DNA from: Trueperaceae bacterium
GTDB lineage: Bacteria; Deinococcota; Deinococci; Deinococcales; Trueperaceae
Assembly (NCBI GenBank): GCA_965215565.1
Contig: CBDCDZ010000004.1
Location: forward strand, 2,976,001-3,040,000
Length of the DNA: 64,000 bases
Reading direction: 5' to 3'
Notes under the pieces: model-generated
Databases searched by the model: none
What the model saw: the letters and a program-made list of their open reading frames with translations, nothing else
What the model was told of the DNA's origin: nothing
Translations under genes and position numbers: made by a program
Shown here: one piece after another, positions 9,316 through 19,110 of the stretch
How the letters are laid out: every line of letters starts with the position of its first letter
How positions within the stretch are numbered: the first letter of the stretch is position 1

Positions 9316-12254
9316 TTGGCGACATCGCGTCTTCTCTGTCTCAAGAAACGCTCGAAGTCCCCGTGCTTCCGAACGCACGGCAAACCAATTCCGCTCAAGA
9401 GCAAGCTGTCACCACCACTGAAGGACCGCTCCTTATCATCGCCGGACCCGGCTCGGGCAAGACGTTCACGCTCGTCGAACGCATCGTCCATCTGATTACG
9501 GAGAAGGGCGTCGCGCCAGAAGAACTCTTAGTCGTCACCTTCACAGACAAAGCCGCCGCCGAACTCACCACCCGCGTCTCGAACCGCCTCAGCGAGTGTG
9601 GCGTCAAGTTCAACCTTAACGAGATGTACCTAGGCACGTTTCACAGCCTCTGCCTGCGCTGGCTCGAGCGCTACCGCGAATTCACGCGCTTAAAGCGCTC
9701 CTTTACCCTCTTCGACGAGTTCGACCAGCAATACTTCCTCTACAGCAACCTTGCTGCATACGAAACGCTTCCCAACGCCGAGTTGCTCCTCGGCACGTCC
9801 AGACAGAGCCGTTGGTACAAAAGCCGCAACCTCTTAGGCTGGCTCAACACCGTGAGCGAGGAAGCGCTCGATGTCGCTGAGTTGCAGGCGGCACCCGAAG
9901 CTGAGGTGCGCGTCCTCGGTCAGGCGGCGGCGCTCTACTACCAGCAGCTCGAGGAAGCCAATGCGCTCGACTTCTCGACTATTCAGCGCGAGACACTCAA
10001 CCTCCTGCGCACCTATCCCGAGGTCCGAGGCGAAATCCAAGCTCAACTGCGCTACCTCATGGTGGACGAATATCAAGACACCAATACCATCCAAGAGGCG
10101 CTGCTCATGCTCCTGACCGGGGAGGAGGCGAACCTCTGTGTGGTCGGCGACGACGACCAGGGTCTGTACCGCTTCCGAGGCGCGACCATCCGCAACATCC
10201 TGGAGTTCCCGGAGCGCTTTCCCGACAAGAGATGCACCCAGATCAAGCTCGCCACCAACTACCGCTCGCCTCCTGAGGTCATCGACTTCTGTGGCGACTG
10301 GATGCGTGAGCAGGACTGGACCTACGGTGACCTTAGCTTTCGCTACCCTAAACGCACCCAAGCACGTGAGGGTACCTTCCCGGACACGCCGACGGTGGTG
10401 TCAGTCACCGCTGACCTGAAGCGCTGGCATCAGGAGGTCAAAGCCTTCCTGCACGCACTCCGTGACGAGGGACATCTCACCGACTGGAACCAGGTCGCCT
10501 TCTTGTTCCGCTCAGTTAAGAACAAGAAGGTTCGCGCTTTAGCCGACTACCTCGAAGCGGAAGGCATCCCCGTCCACGCGCCCCGCGCCAACCAGTTCTT
10601 TGACCGTGAAGAGATACGCCTCATGTTGGGTGCGCTGATGTTCCTCTTCCCCCAGTTCCCCCACGTCCGAGCGTGGCGCGACGACGTGCAGCTCGATATC
10701 TGGACCTACTACGACGAGCAGTGCGTGCGCCCCTTCGCGGCGGCGCTACGCCAGCCGGAGAATGCTGACTTACTCGCCTGGGCAAGAACCGTTGCCAAGC
10801 GTCACCTTCAGATGAACGAGAACGCCGACTACGGCTTCGCCGGGCTCTTCTACCAACTCCTGCGTTTCCCGCTCTTCAGCCGCTACTTGGACGAAGAGCT
10901 GCTCAAACGCGAAGGGGCGAGCGACACCCGCGCGATGCGCAACCTGGCGGTCTTTTCACAGCTCCTCAACAAGTTTGAGTACCTCCACCACCTCACCATC
11001 CTGACGAAAGACCACCTCGAGAGCAACCTGCGGACCCTCTTCAACCAGTTCCTGCGCTACCTCAAAGACGGCGGCATCGGTGAGTACGAGGGCGACGAGG
11101 CAAAAGCTCCTTCCGGCAGCGTCTCCTTCTTGACCATCCACCAGGCGAAAGGACTCGAGTTTCCGGTCGTCGTCGTTGGCTCGCTCGACGCTGTGCCGCG
11201 TAAGCAGTACAGCGACTTGGACGAGCGCTTAGAGCCCTATCTCTCGCGCCCCCCGTTTGAGCCGCTCCAATACACCAAGTTCTATGATTTCCGGCGGCTC
11301 TACTACACCGCCTTCTCGCGGGCACAAAATCTCCTCGCCCTCGCCTGCCCGATTAAGGTTGGGACCCATCCCTCCCCCTCGAAATACTTCCGAGACCAGG
11401 TCGAAGCGCTCCCAAGCTGGCGTGACACCTCGCTCGAGCACATTCCCTTAGAGACGATCCGAACAGCCAACCTCAAGCACGACTATTCGTTTACCTCGCA
11501 CCTCTCAATCTTCGAGACTTGCGCCGAGCAGTACCGCTTCTTCCGCGAACTCGCGTTCACGCCCGTGCGCACCAATCCCATCCTCTTCGGAACGCTCGTT
11601 CATCAGACCATCGAGGACATCCACAAGACGGTTTTGCGCGGCGAGGAGCAGAGGCTCAGCGAAACGCAGATTCAAGCTTGGTTCGACACGAACTACGCTT
11701 ACTTATCTAAGAAGGAGCGTGTCTACCTCACCTCGCTCATCAAAGGAATCGCGCTCGGTCATGTGATGCGCTACTACGACCGCTACCGGGGCGACTGGCA
11801 GCACGTGCGCGAGGCGGAGGTGGACGTGTCGCTCGTCAAGGACGACTACATCCTCTCGGGCACTATTGACCTCATCCAGGGTGAGAGAGACACGGTTGAG
11901 ATCGTGGATTTCAAGAGCGAGAAGAAGCCGGATGTGAACCACCCCGATGACCGTGACAAGATCGATCGCTACAGGCGGCAGCTTGACGTCTACGCTCACA
12001 TTGTCGAGGTGCGGACCGGGCTCGAGGTCAGTAAGACGCACCTCTACTACACGGGCGTCGAAAACGGCAACCCGCAGATCAGCTTTGACAAAAACACCAA
12101 ACGCCTAGAACGAACCGTAGAGCGCTTCGGCACGATTGTTCAGCGCATCGAAGACAAAGACTTTCGCATTCCCGAGCGCCCTATCAAGCAGTGCGGAGCG
12201 TGCGACATGCGCCACTACTGCGACGCCAAAAACTGGAGATTTTTAGATGATTGA
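9312..12254 (+). CDS. UvrD/PcrA-like SF1 helicase fused to a C-terminal PD-(D/E)XK nuclease with Fe-S-type cysteines
   Basis: AGPGSGKT, VDEYQD, VGDDDQ, NYRS, TIHQAKGLEF, YTAFSRA; C-terminal GTIDLI...IVDFKS...QLDVY, an upstream Cys and CGACDMRHYC. Confidence 0.9.
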   Translation: MIGDIASSLSQETLEVPVLPNARQTNSAQEQAVTTTEGPLLIIAGPGSGKTFTLVERIVHLITEKGVAPEELLVVTFTDKAAAELTTRVSNRLSECGVKFNLNEMYLGTFHSLCLRWLERYREFTRLKRSFTLFDEFDQQYFLYSNLAAYETLPNAELLLGTSRQSRWYKSRNLLGWLNTVSEEALDVAELQAAPEAEVRVLGQAAALYYQQLEEANALDFSTIQRETLNLLRTYPEVRGEIQAQLRYLMVDEYQDTNTIQEALLMLLTGEEANLCVVGDDDQGLYRFRGATIRNILEFPERFPDKRCTQIKLATNYRSPPEVIDFCGDWMREQDWTYGDLSFRYPKRTQAREGTFPDTPTVVSVTADLKRWHQEVKAFLHALRDEGHLTDWNQVAFLFRSVKNKKVRALADYLEAEGIPVHAPRANQFFDREEIRLMLGALMFLFPQFPHVRAWRDDVQLDIWTYYDEQCVRPFAAALRQPENADLLAWARTVAKRHLQMNENADYGFAGLFYQLLRFPLFSRYLDEELLKREGASDTRAMRNLAVFSQLLNKFEYLHHLTILTKDHLESNLRTLFNQFLRYLKDGGIGEYEGDEAKAPSGSVSFLTIHQAKGLEFPVVVVGSLDAVPRKQYSDLDERLEPYLSRPPFEPLQYTKFYDFRRLYYTAFSRAQNLLALACPIKVGTHPSPSKYFRDQVEALPSWRDTSLEHIPLETIRTANLKHDYSFTSHLSIFETCAEQYRFFRELAFTPVRTNPILFGTLVHQTIEDIHKTVLRGEEQRLSETQIQAWFDTNYAYLSKKERVYLTSLIKGIALGHVMRYYDRYRGDWQHVREAEVDVSLVKDDYILSGTIDLIQGERDTVEIVDFKSEKKPDVNHPDDRDKIDRYRRQLDVYAHIVEVRTGLEVSKTHLYYTGVENGNPQISFDKNTKRLERTVERFGTIVQRIEDKDFRIPERPIKQCGACDMRHYCDAKNWRFLDD

Positions 12255-14112
12255 GCAACCTTTGATTCAGAAATACGATGAGCGCGTGGAAGAGATGAAG
12301 TTTGAGCCCATCAAGGGCTATCCGATGCTGAACTGGCGAGGCAAACGACCTTTCACCAGCACCCAGTATTACCCGGCGCAGATCAAAGAGCGGCACGGGG
12401 AGCCGGTAGACGGTTGGATGAACAAGATTTACTGGGGCGACAATCTTCAGGTCATGAGTCACCTACTCAAGGAGTATCGAGGCAAAGTTCAACTTATTTA
12501 TATCGACCCTCCGTTTGATTCAAAGGCTGAATATAGAAAGGCAATATCGCTTTACAAAAAAGATATACGTAATGAGCTGACAGCGTTTGAGGAAAAACAA
12601 TATACAGATATATGGAGTAACGACGAGTATTTGCAGTTTATGTACGAACGTCTTGTTTTAGTTCGTGAATTGATGTCATCCACCGCAACTATATGGGTGC
12701 ACTGTGATTGGAGAAAGTCTGCAAGTCTTAAATTGATGCTTGACGAAGTTTTTGGCAAGTCACAATTTCGAGGACATGTAGTTTGGCGCAGTATGACATC
12801 GAGTGGCTTTAAAGGAAAAACTAGCTTAGGAAAAAGTCACGATGACCTTCTTTACTACTCTAAGAGCGAGTCAGCTTTTACGTACAATCCAGTTTTGATA
12901 CCCTATAGCAAAGAGTATTTAAGTGAGAGATTCAGTAAAATCGACGGAAATGGAAGACGCTTCAAAGATGAAAAAATAGGTACGGCGACTTCTGAAAAAA
13001 CTATAAAGCGTTTAGAAGAAGAAGATCGAATTTATATTACTTCAAATGGTACTAAGCGAGTTAAGCACTTTCTTGATGAAGCAGAGGGCTATCCAGCAGA
13101 TAATATCTGGACAGATATATCCGGTGAAAACTCGCAATCGAGTGAACAGACAGGCTATCCTACCCAGAAACCCGTCGCTCTATTAAAGAGAATAGTATCG
13201 ATGACGTCAAATCCAGGCGACATAGTCTTTGACTGTTTCATGGGCTCCGGTACAGCCCAAACTGTTGCTATGAAGTTGGGACGCCGTTTTTTAGGCGCGG
13301 ATATCAATCTAGGGGCTATTCAAACAACGACTAAGCGTCTTTTGAACGTAGCTGAATTGCTCGAGCCAGCCGAGCAACAATTTATAGCAGAGGAAACGGT
13401 CCCTTCTATCTACTACACTGGGTTCGAAGTTTATAACGTTAATCACTATGACGTGTTTCGTAATCCTCTAGAGGCGCGAGACCTTCTCCTCGAGGCGTTG
13501 GAGATCAATAAGCTCCCTCAGGGTCATCTCTTCGACGGCGAGAAAAACGGGCGCATGGTCAAACTTATGCCGGTCAACCGCATCGCCACCCGCGCCGACC
13601 TGACCGAGTTGATCAGCGGCTTCAACTATAAAGACCTTCAGAAGCGTCAAAATGAACACCCCACCAAGCCTGTCGAGAAGGTCACGCTCATTTGCATGGG
13701 TCATGAGCCCGACCTTGCTGCTCAGCTCAAAACTGAGATGCATCCCTTCGTCTTAGATGTCGAGGTCGTGGATGTGCTACGAGACAAGAAGGAGCTAACC
13801 TTCAAGCGCGATAGTGAAGCGAAGATCAATGTCGAGAACGGCACGCTTAGTATTGAGCGCTTTTACCCTATGAACCTCTTGCAGAAGCTCAGCTTAGAAA
13901 CTGAGAAGGTCGAGGACTGGCGCGAACTGGTCGAGTCGGTGATGATCGACTGGAACTACGACGGCGTGGTGCTCGAGCCCAAGACGGTGGACGTACCTGA
14001 TAAGAACGAGCTGGTAAGGGGTTTCTATCCCATCCCCGAGGACACTGGCACCATCCGTGTCAAGATCACCGACGTGCTCTCCGAGTCTTTAGAGGTGACC
14101 GTCAATGGCTAA
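12247..14112 (+). CDS. Type III-like amino-methyltransferase (Mod, beta class)
   Basis: WGDNL, IYIDPPF, YPTQKP, DCFMGSGT; overlaps both neighbours. Confidence 0.9.
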   Translation: MIEQPLIQKYDERVEEMKFEPIKGYPMLNWRGKRPFTSTQYYPAQIKERHGEPVDGWMNKIYWGDNLQVMSHLLKEYRGKVQLIYIDPPFDSKAEYRKAISLYKKDIRNELTAFEEKQYTDIWSNDEYLQFMYERLVLVRELMSSTATIWVHCDWRKSASLKLMLDEVFGKSQFRGHVVWRSMTSSGFKGKTSLGKSHDDLLYYSKSESAFTYNPVLIPYSKEYLSERFSKIDGNGRRFKDEKIGTATSEKTIKRLEEEDRIYITSNGTKRVKHFLDEAEGYPADNIWTDISGENSQSSEQTGYPTQKPVALLKRIVSMTSNPGDIVFDCFMGSGTAQTVAMKLGRRFLGADINLGAIQTTTKRLLNVAELLEPAEQQFIAEETVPSIYYTGFEVYNVNHYDVFRNPLEARDLLLEALEINKLPQGHLFDGEKNGRMVKLMPVNRIATRADLTELISGFNYKDLQKRQNEHPTKPVEKVTLICMGHEPDLAAQLKTEMHPFVLDVEVVDVLRDKKELTFKRDSEAKINVENGTLSIERFYPMNLLQKLSLETEKVEDWRELVESVMIDWNYDGVVLEPKTVDVPDKNELVRGFYPIPEDTGTIRVKITDVLSESLEVTVNG

Positions 14113-16684
14113 GGCGATGAACCTAGATTTCACCTTCTTTGCCGAGCTACACCGCTTCTACCAAGAGAAACGCGGCATGATCCGTAAGCATTACCGGGAC
14201 TTGACGAAGCGCTTTCTGGATTACAACGACCCCGAGAACGCGGGCGCGTTCTTGCGGACGCCCCAGTTCGAGGCGCTGGAGATGTACGTCTTCCTCAAGG
14301 AGTACCTAGACAACGCTAAGCTCCACGAGGTCTTCCGCGAGTGGGCGGAGTCCGAAGGTCGTTTCGAGGGACGCAGCCCCTACGTCCAGGGACTCTTTGA
14401 GGAGCGCGAAAGCTATGAGCCCGTCTTCAAGCAATTAGAAGACTTCGCCCGCAGCTACCCGAACTACATCTTCGCCCTGACGATGGGCACGGGTAAGACG
14501 ATCCTGATGGCAACGTGCATCTTCTATGAATTCCTGCTCGCCAACAAGTTCCCTAAAGACCCTCGCTACTGCCACAATGCACTGGTATTCGCGCCCGACA
14601 AAACAGTTCTCGGCTCGCTGCGCGAGATTCAGACCTTCGACATGAGCAAAGTCGTGCCGAGCGAGTACCAAGCGTTCCTCGCCTCGCACATCCAGTTCCA
14701 CTACTTAGACGAGGCGGGCACGAGCCTCAACACCCTGGACGGCTCGCGCTTCAACCTAATCGTCTCGAACACGCAGAAGATCATCCTAAAGCGCCAGACG
14801 AAGGAGAAAGGCGGGGCGGACAAGCTTTTCGAGAGCGGCCCAAGCACTTACGAACGCGGCGGGGTGTGGGACGGTCTGAGCGACCTCTACGACTTCTCCC
14901 AGGATGACACCGCGCTGACCTCCAATCAGCGATTCGAGAAGTTGCGCCGCTTGCCACAACTCGGCGTCTACATCGACGAGGCGCACCACGCCTTTGGCAA
15001 CGACCTTGCCAAGGACATGGGTCTCAAGAAGACCAAGACGAGCCTGCGCACGACGGTGGACGAACTCGCCGCTAACTTAGAAGCAAAAGGGTCTTTCGTC
15101 GTCGCCTGCTACAACTTCACCGGCACCCCATACGTCGGCTCGCAGGTGCTGCCCGAGGTGGTCTACGCCTACGGGCTCAACGAGGCGATTCGGCGCAGTT
15201 ATCTCAAGCAAGTGGCGATCAGCGGCTATAGCAACACCAAGAGCGAGGAATTTGTGCAGCTTGCAGTGGACGACTTCGTTAAACGGACCCAGGGGCTCGA
15301 GCCCGAGGGGATGCGCCCCAAGCTCGCCTTCTTCGCTGCCACCATCGACGAACTGACCCAGGACCTCCGCCCGGCGGTGGAAGAAGCTATCGCTAAGCAC
15401 GGCTTCGACCCGAGCACCATCCTCGTCAATGTGGGTGACCCGAAGAAGACCAGCAATGACGACCTGCGCGAGTTCAACCGGCTCGACACGCCCGCCTCGA
15501 CCAAGCAGTTCATCCTGCTCGTCAACAAGGGGCGCGAGGGCTGGAACTGCCGTTCGCTCTTCGGCGTCGCGCTCTTCCGCAAGCCGAAGTCTAAAATCTT
15601 TGTCCTCCAGGCGACCATGCGCTGCCTGCGCAGCATTGGCGAGGTGCAGCACACCGGGCACGTCTACCTCAGCGAGGAGAACTACCAGATTCTGGAGGAC
15701 GAGTTGCAGCAGAACTTCAGGGTCAGCGTCCAAGAGGTTCAGAAGGCGGGCAAAAGCAAGGTGCGCGTGCCCGTCAAGGTGATGCCGCCGCCCGTCAAGC
15801 TCAAGCTCAAGCGGGTGCGCAGGCTCTTCACCATGCGCGACAAGACGCTTTCCGAAGGGATCGACTTCGAACTTCACAAAGCGGACCGCGACAAGTACCG
15901 GCTCATCCGCTCACAGCAGCAGGGGCTCACGCCGGGCGACAAGGGCGTGCAAAAGGAGGACCTATCCCACCTACGGACGCAGTGTACCTTCACCGCGCTG
16001 ACGCTCGTCGCCGAGGTCGCCAAGTACCTTAACCGCTCACCTATCGAACTCGAGGAGCTGCTGGCGTCATCACGTGAAGGTATGACGACGCTACTCAAAG
16101 CCGTCAACGAGTTCAACGAGCTTCTCTACGATTGGGTGATTCCTCGCCTCTTCGGGGAACTCTACGACGTGCGCACCTATACTGATGATGAGCCTTACGA
16201 GGTCGAACTCATCAAGCTGCCGCCCGCACCTAGAGACCACTACCTCGTGTCGGCGGACGAGGAGCTGGTCGCGCTTCGCAGCGATGTCGGTCCTGAGCAG
16301 GCCGAGAAGAGCTTTCACCTGGACACCTACTGTTTTGACTCCAAACCCGAGCGAGACCTCTTCTGGCAGCTCCTCAACAGTGGCAAGATCAAGAAGCTCT
16401 ACTTCACGGGGATGCTGACCCACGGGCAGACCGACTTCTTCGTGCAGTACATTGATCCTGACTCACACGCCATCCGCTCCTATTACCCCGACTTCCTCGT
16501 TCAGAAAGAGGACGGCACGTATGTCATCGTCGAAGTCAAAGGCGATAACAAAATCGACGATCCCGTCGTTTTGGCTAAGCAGCGTTTTGCCGAGCAGATG
16601 GCGGAGGCGAGCGGGATGACCTATCGGATGGTCAAGGGGAGCGACAGTGCATCAGAGGTCGGCTTATCGCAGACGCTCAACTAA
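14105..16684 (+). CDS. Type III restriction enzyme Res-like subunit (SF2 helicase + PD-(D/E)XK nuclease)
   Basis: MGTGKT, IDEAHH, TGTP, REGW, QATMRCLR; C-terminal YYPDFLV...IVEVKG. Confidence 0.88.
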   Translation: MAKAMNLDFTFFAELHRFYQEKRGMIRKHYRDLTKRFLDYNDPENAGAFLRTPQFEALEMYVFLKEYLDNAKLHEVFREWAESEGRFEGRSPYVQGLFEERESYEPVFKQLEDFARSYPNYIFALTMGTGKTILMATCIFYEFLLANKFPKDPRYCHNALVFAPDKTVLGSLREIQTFDMSKVVPSEYQAFLASHIQFHYLDEAGTSLNTLDGSRFNLIVSNTQKIILKRQTKEKGGADKLFESGPSTYERGGVWDGLSDLYDFSQDDTALTSNQRFEKLRRLPQLGVYIDEAHHAFGNDLAKDMGLKKTKTSLRTTVDELAANLEAKGSFVVACYNFTGTPYVGSQVLPEVVYAYGLNEAIRRSYLKQVAISGYSNTKSEEFVQLAVDDFVKRTQGLEPEGMRPKLAFFAATIDELTQDLRPAVEEAIAKHGFDPSTILVNVGDPKKTSNDDLREFNRLDTPASTKQFILLVNKGREGWNCRSLFGVALFRKPKSKIFVLQATMRCLRSIGEVQHTGHVYLSEENYQILEDELQQNFRVSVQEVQKAGKSKVRVPVKVMPPPVKLKLKRVRRLFTMRDKTLSEGIDFELHKADRDKYRLIRSQQQGLTPGDKGVQKEDLSHLRTQCTFTALTLVAEVAKYLNRSPIELEELLASSREGMTTLLKAVNEFNELLYDWVIPRLFGELYDVRTYTDDEPYEVELIKLPPAPRDHYLVSADEELVALRSDVGPEQAEKSFHLDTYCFDSKPERDLFWQLLNSGKIKKLYFTGMLTHGQTDFFVQYIDPDSHAIRSYYPDFLVQKEDGTYVIVEVKGDNKIDDPVVLAKQRFAEQMAEASGMTYRMVKGSDSASEVGLSQTLN

Positions 16685-16749
16685 GAAGGACTAAGATTAC
16701 AAGAGCAGAATGGACCATCGACGCTACATTGACGAGATAAGCTAACACC

Positions 16750-18225
16750 ATGAGCGTACAGGTCTACTTCTCTGACTATTTTCAGATCGACCCTGAGGTC
16801 ATAGAAGAATACGGCGCTTTAGACGTTTCACTCATCAACGACCTCCCCCTGTTCATCGATCCGTTCCTCTTGTTCGAGAGTGAAAAGAAAGAATATAAAG
16901 AGCTCCATCAGGAGCTGATTGACTACGTCATCTTTCTCAAAGACGCTGCGCTCAGCGGACCACTGGCAGAAGCCAGATTCAGGTCATGGTTTTACTTCCC
17001 CGAAGTCAAACAAAATTGGCTTGGGTTTAGCAAAAAGGGTAACCAGGGTGCAGGGCTCGGGAAAGATTTTGCGGAAGCGTTAAGTCGAAATCTAAGGGAT
17101 AGGTTTAGCGACTTTGGAGAGGAATCCGTTTCGCAAAGTCCCCACCTCGAGAAGCTCTGCCTCGTCAAAGAAGGGGTCGGGCGCGACAACATCAGCGACC
17201 TTACGGCTAACATCATTAAGCGCTATCTCTTGGAGTATACGCAGACGTTCGCACAACAGCACCTGCGGTCTGACCAGCGCCGCGCGTTTCCTGTGGATAG
17301 GGTGTCTTTTGACTACAACTTGAAGCGTTGGAAACGCGGGCGCTTCGAACTCCCAGTTTTCAACCGCGACTTCGTCCTGCTCACGCCTCGCGATATTCTG
17401 ACGAAAGAAGACACGTGGATTAACCGCACCGACTTGGGTGAATCGTTCGTAGAGATCGCCACCTCACTTCCTAATCCTCAGCTACGACAAGAGCTGAGCG
17501 ACATGCTTATCCAGGCGCTCAGGGCGAACCAAACTGTTTCTAAACGCGATGTGCAAGAGATGGCTACAGACCTAACCCTAAAGTACCCTGAGATTCTCGA
17601 TCACTTCATTCGATGGAAAGAGGAGCACGGGGAGAAGGCGAAGGCGATCAGTGCTGAGCGCGTCGGTGAGGTCGAGGACGTGTTCATTCGTGCAGTCAAA
17701 GGCTTCGTCGAACAGTTAGATAGCGCTACCGAGTTTTACCAAACTAGCGACGCGACCTTCGGTGAAGCGCTGAGAAAAGCACATTTCCTGAAAGACGTGA
17801 TTGAGAACAAAGACGGCTACCGCCTCTTCTACCAAGGTAACAAGCCCATCACAAGAGAGAGCGACCTACAGATTCTCTTTCGCCTCACTTGGGAGGGAAC
17901 CTCCTCCGACGTGAACCGGGAGGTGAACAACGGTCGTGGACCTGCTGATTTCACGGTTTCACGCGGCAGCCGCGATAAAACTGTTGTGGAGTTCAAGCTC
18001 GCCTCCAACAACAAACTGAAACAAAACCTTCAGAACCAGACGAAGATTTACGAACGGGCGAGCAACGCGAAACGCAGTGTCAAGGTGATCGTTTATTTCA
18101 ACAGAGCTGATCTGGCTAAAGTGCAGCGCGTCCTTGAGGACTTGAAGATGGTTGGTGATGAAGGCGTCGTGCTTATTGATGCAACAAGCGATAAACCTTC
18201 CGCTTCGAAAGCAAAGGAGTCGTGA
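16750..18225 (+). CDS. Hypothetical protein with a C-terminal PD-(D/E)XK-like nuclease domain
   Basis: DLPLFIDPFL; ESDLQ...REVNNGRGPADF...VVEFK; TAAGCT lies 6 nt before the ATG. Confidence 0.6.
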   Translation: MSVQVYFSDYFQIDPEVIEEYGALDVSLINDLPLFIDPFLLFESEKKEYKELHQELIDYVIFLKDAALSGPLAEARFRSWFYFPEVKQNWLGFSKKGNQGAGLGKDFAEALSRNLRDRFSDFGEESVSQSPHLEKLCLVKEGVGRDNISDLTANIIKRYLLEYTQTFAQQHLRSDQRRAFPVDRVSFDYNLKRWKRGRFELPVFNRDFVLLTPRDILTKEDTWINRTDLGESFVEIATSLPNPQLRQELSDMLIQALRANQTVSKRDVQEMATDLTLKYPEILDHFIRWKEEHGEKAKAISAERVGEVEDVFIRAVKGFVEQLDSATEFYQTSDATFGEALRKAHFLKDVIENKDGYRLFYQGNKPITRESDLQILFRLTWEGTSSDVNREVNNGRGPADFTVSRGSRDKTVVEFKLASNNKLKQNLQNQTKIYERASNAKRSVKVIVYFNRADLAKVQRVLEDLKMVGDEGVVLIDATSDKPSASKAKES

Positions 18226-18351
18226 AGCTGTGCTCGCACAGCTTCACCTAAGGGGGTGATTCTTCATGTCGCACCTCTATTTGGGTTACATAATACCCCA
18301 ATTTACCCTTTTCGGTTGACGCTTTCTCAAAAAAGTCCTATTATCTAATGT

Positions 18352-19110
18352 ATGAGTGAAAAAGCTACACCTGCTGACTTTCGTAACGCATTTTTTCGTC
18401 GCTACTCTCCAATATGTGCTTCACAAATTGTGAGAGTTCTCGATTACAGTGCTTCGAGAGCTCGTGCACTCTGTGAAACAGAATATCCAACTGGGAACTA
18501 TGGGGTAGCCCAGGGCATAAACCGTTGGCAGCTTGTTGATGAACATCTCCGCAGACAAGCGTTACTTGATGGTGATGTAATTGTAGAGACAAGAGATTTT
18601 GGAGAAGCTAAACTCCTTGATGGTGAAGAAAAGATCAATAGCTTTGTGCTACTCCGATCCAATGAAGTTGGATTAGTTCTTTGCAAAGTAAGACGCAACT
18701 CACCAATGCCAAGCGCATCTTTAGTTCGTAACTACATGACCGCTCTAGGGTTTGCTTCAGAACCTCTATTTCCTATCCCGTACTACCTAGAAGCTAGGTA
18801 CGGAGATAGTATACCTAAGCATGATCTTAAAGCGTTGTTCATAGGCAGATACTGGCTTGACGAAGAAGACGAGGCTCAAGCAACTATTGAGAAGGCCGAT
18901 ATCGTTGTTCTAACTCATGATGGCAAGAGTATATTTGGTCATGTGTGTACTGATCTATATTCTTATGCTGATACAGCTTCAGTTGATACCATGTACGTGC
19001 ATGGTGAAGAGTTGCCTATAGCATTCAGAATTCCTGAACGCGCTCCTGAGACAGAAACAGAAATCCTTCCCATCAATCTGCGTAGCGATGACAATAAGGG
19101 TAAAAATTGA
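18352..19110 (+). CDS. Hypothetical protein, candidate toxin of a RosmerTA-like pair
   Basis: AT-rich ORF directly upstream of, and abutting, an XRE-M78 peptidase gene. Confidence 0.5.
   Translation: MSEKATPADFRNAFFRRYSPICASQIVRVLDYSASRARALCETEYPTGNYGVAQGINRWQLVDEHLRRQALLDGDVIVETRDFGEAKLLDGEEKINSFVLLRSNEVGLVLCKVRRNSPMPSASLVRNYMTALGFASEPLFPIPYYLEARYGDSIPKHDLKALFIGRYWLDEEDEAQATIEKADIVVLTHDGKSIFGHVCTDLYSYADTASVDTMYVHGEELPIAFRIPERAPETETEILPINLRSDDNKGKN

Noticed and set aside
16450..16684. Second TnsA in the YYPDFLV..EVKG region
   Set aside because: This is the PD-(D/E)XK tail of the Res-like subunit, a shared fold
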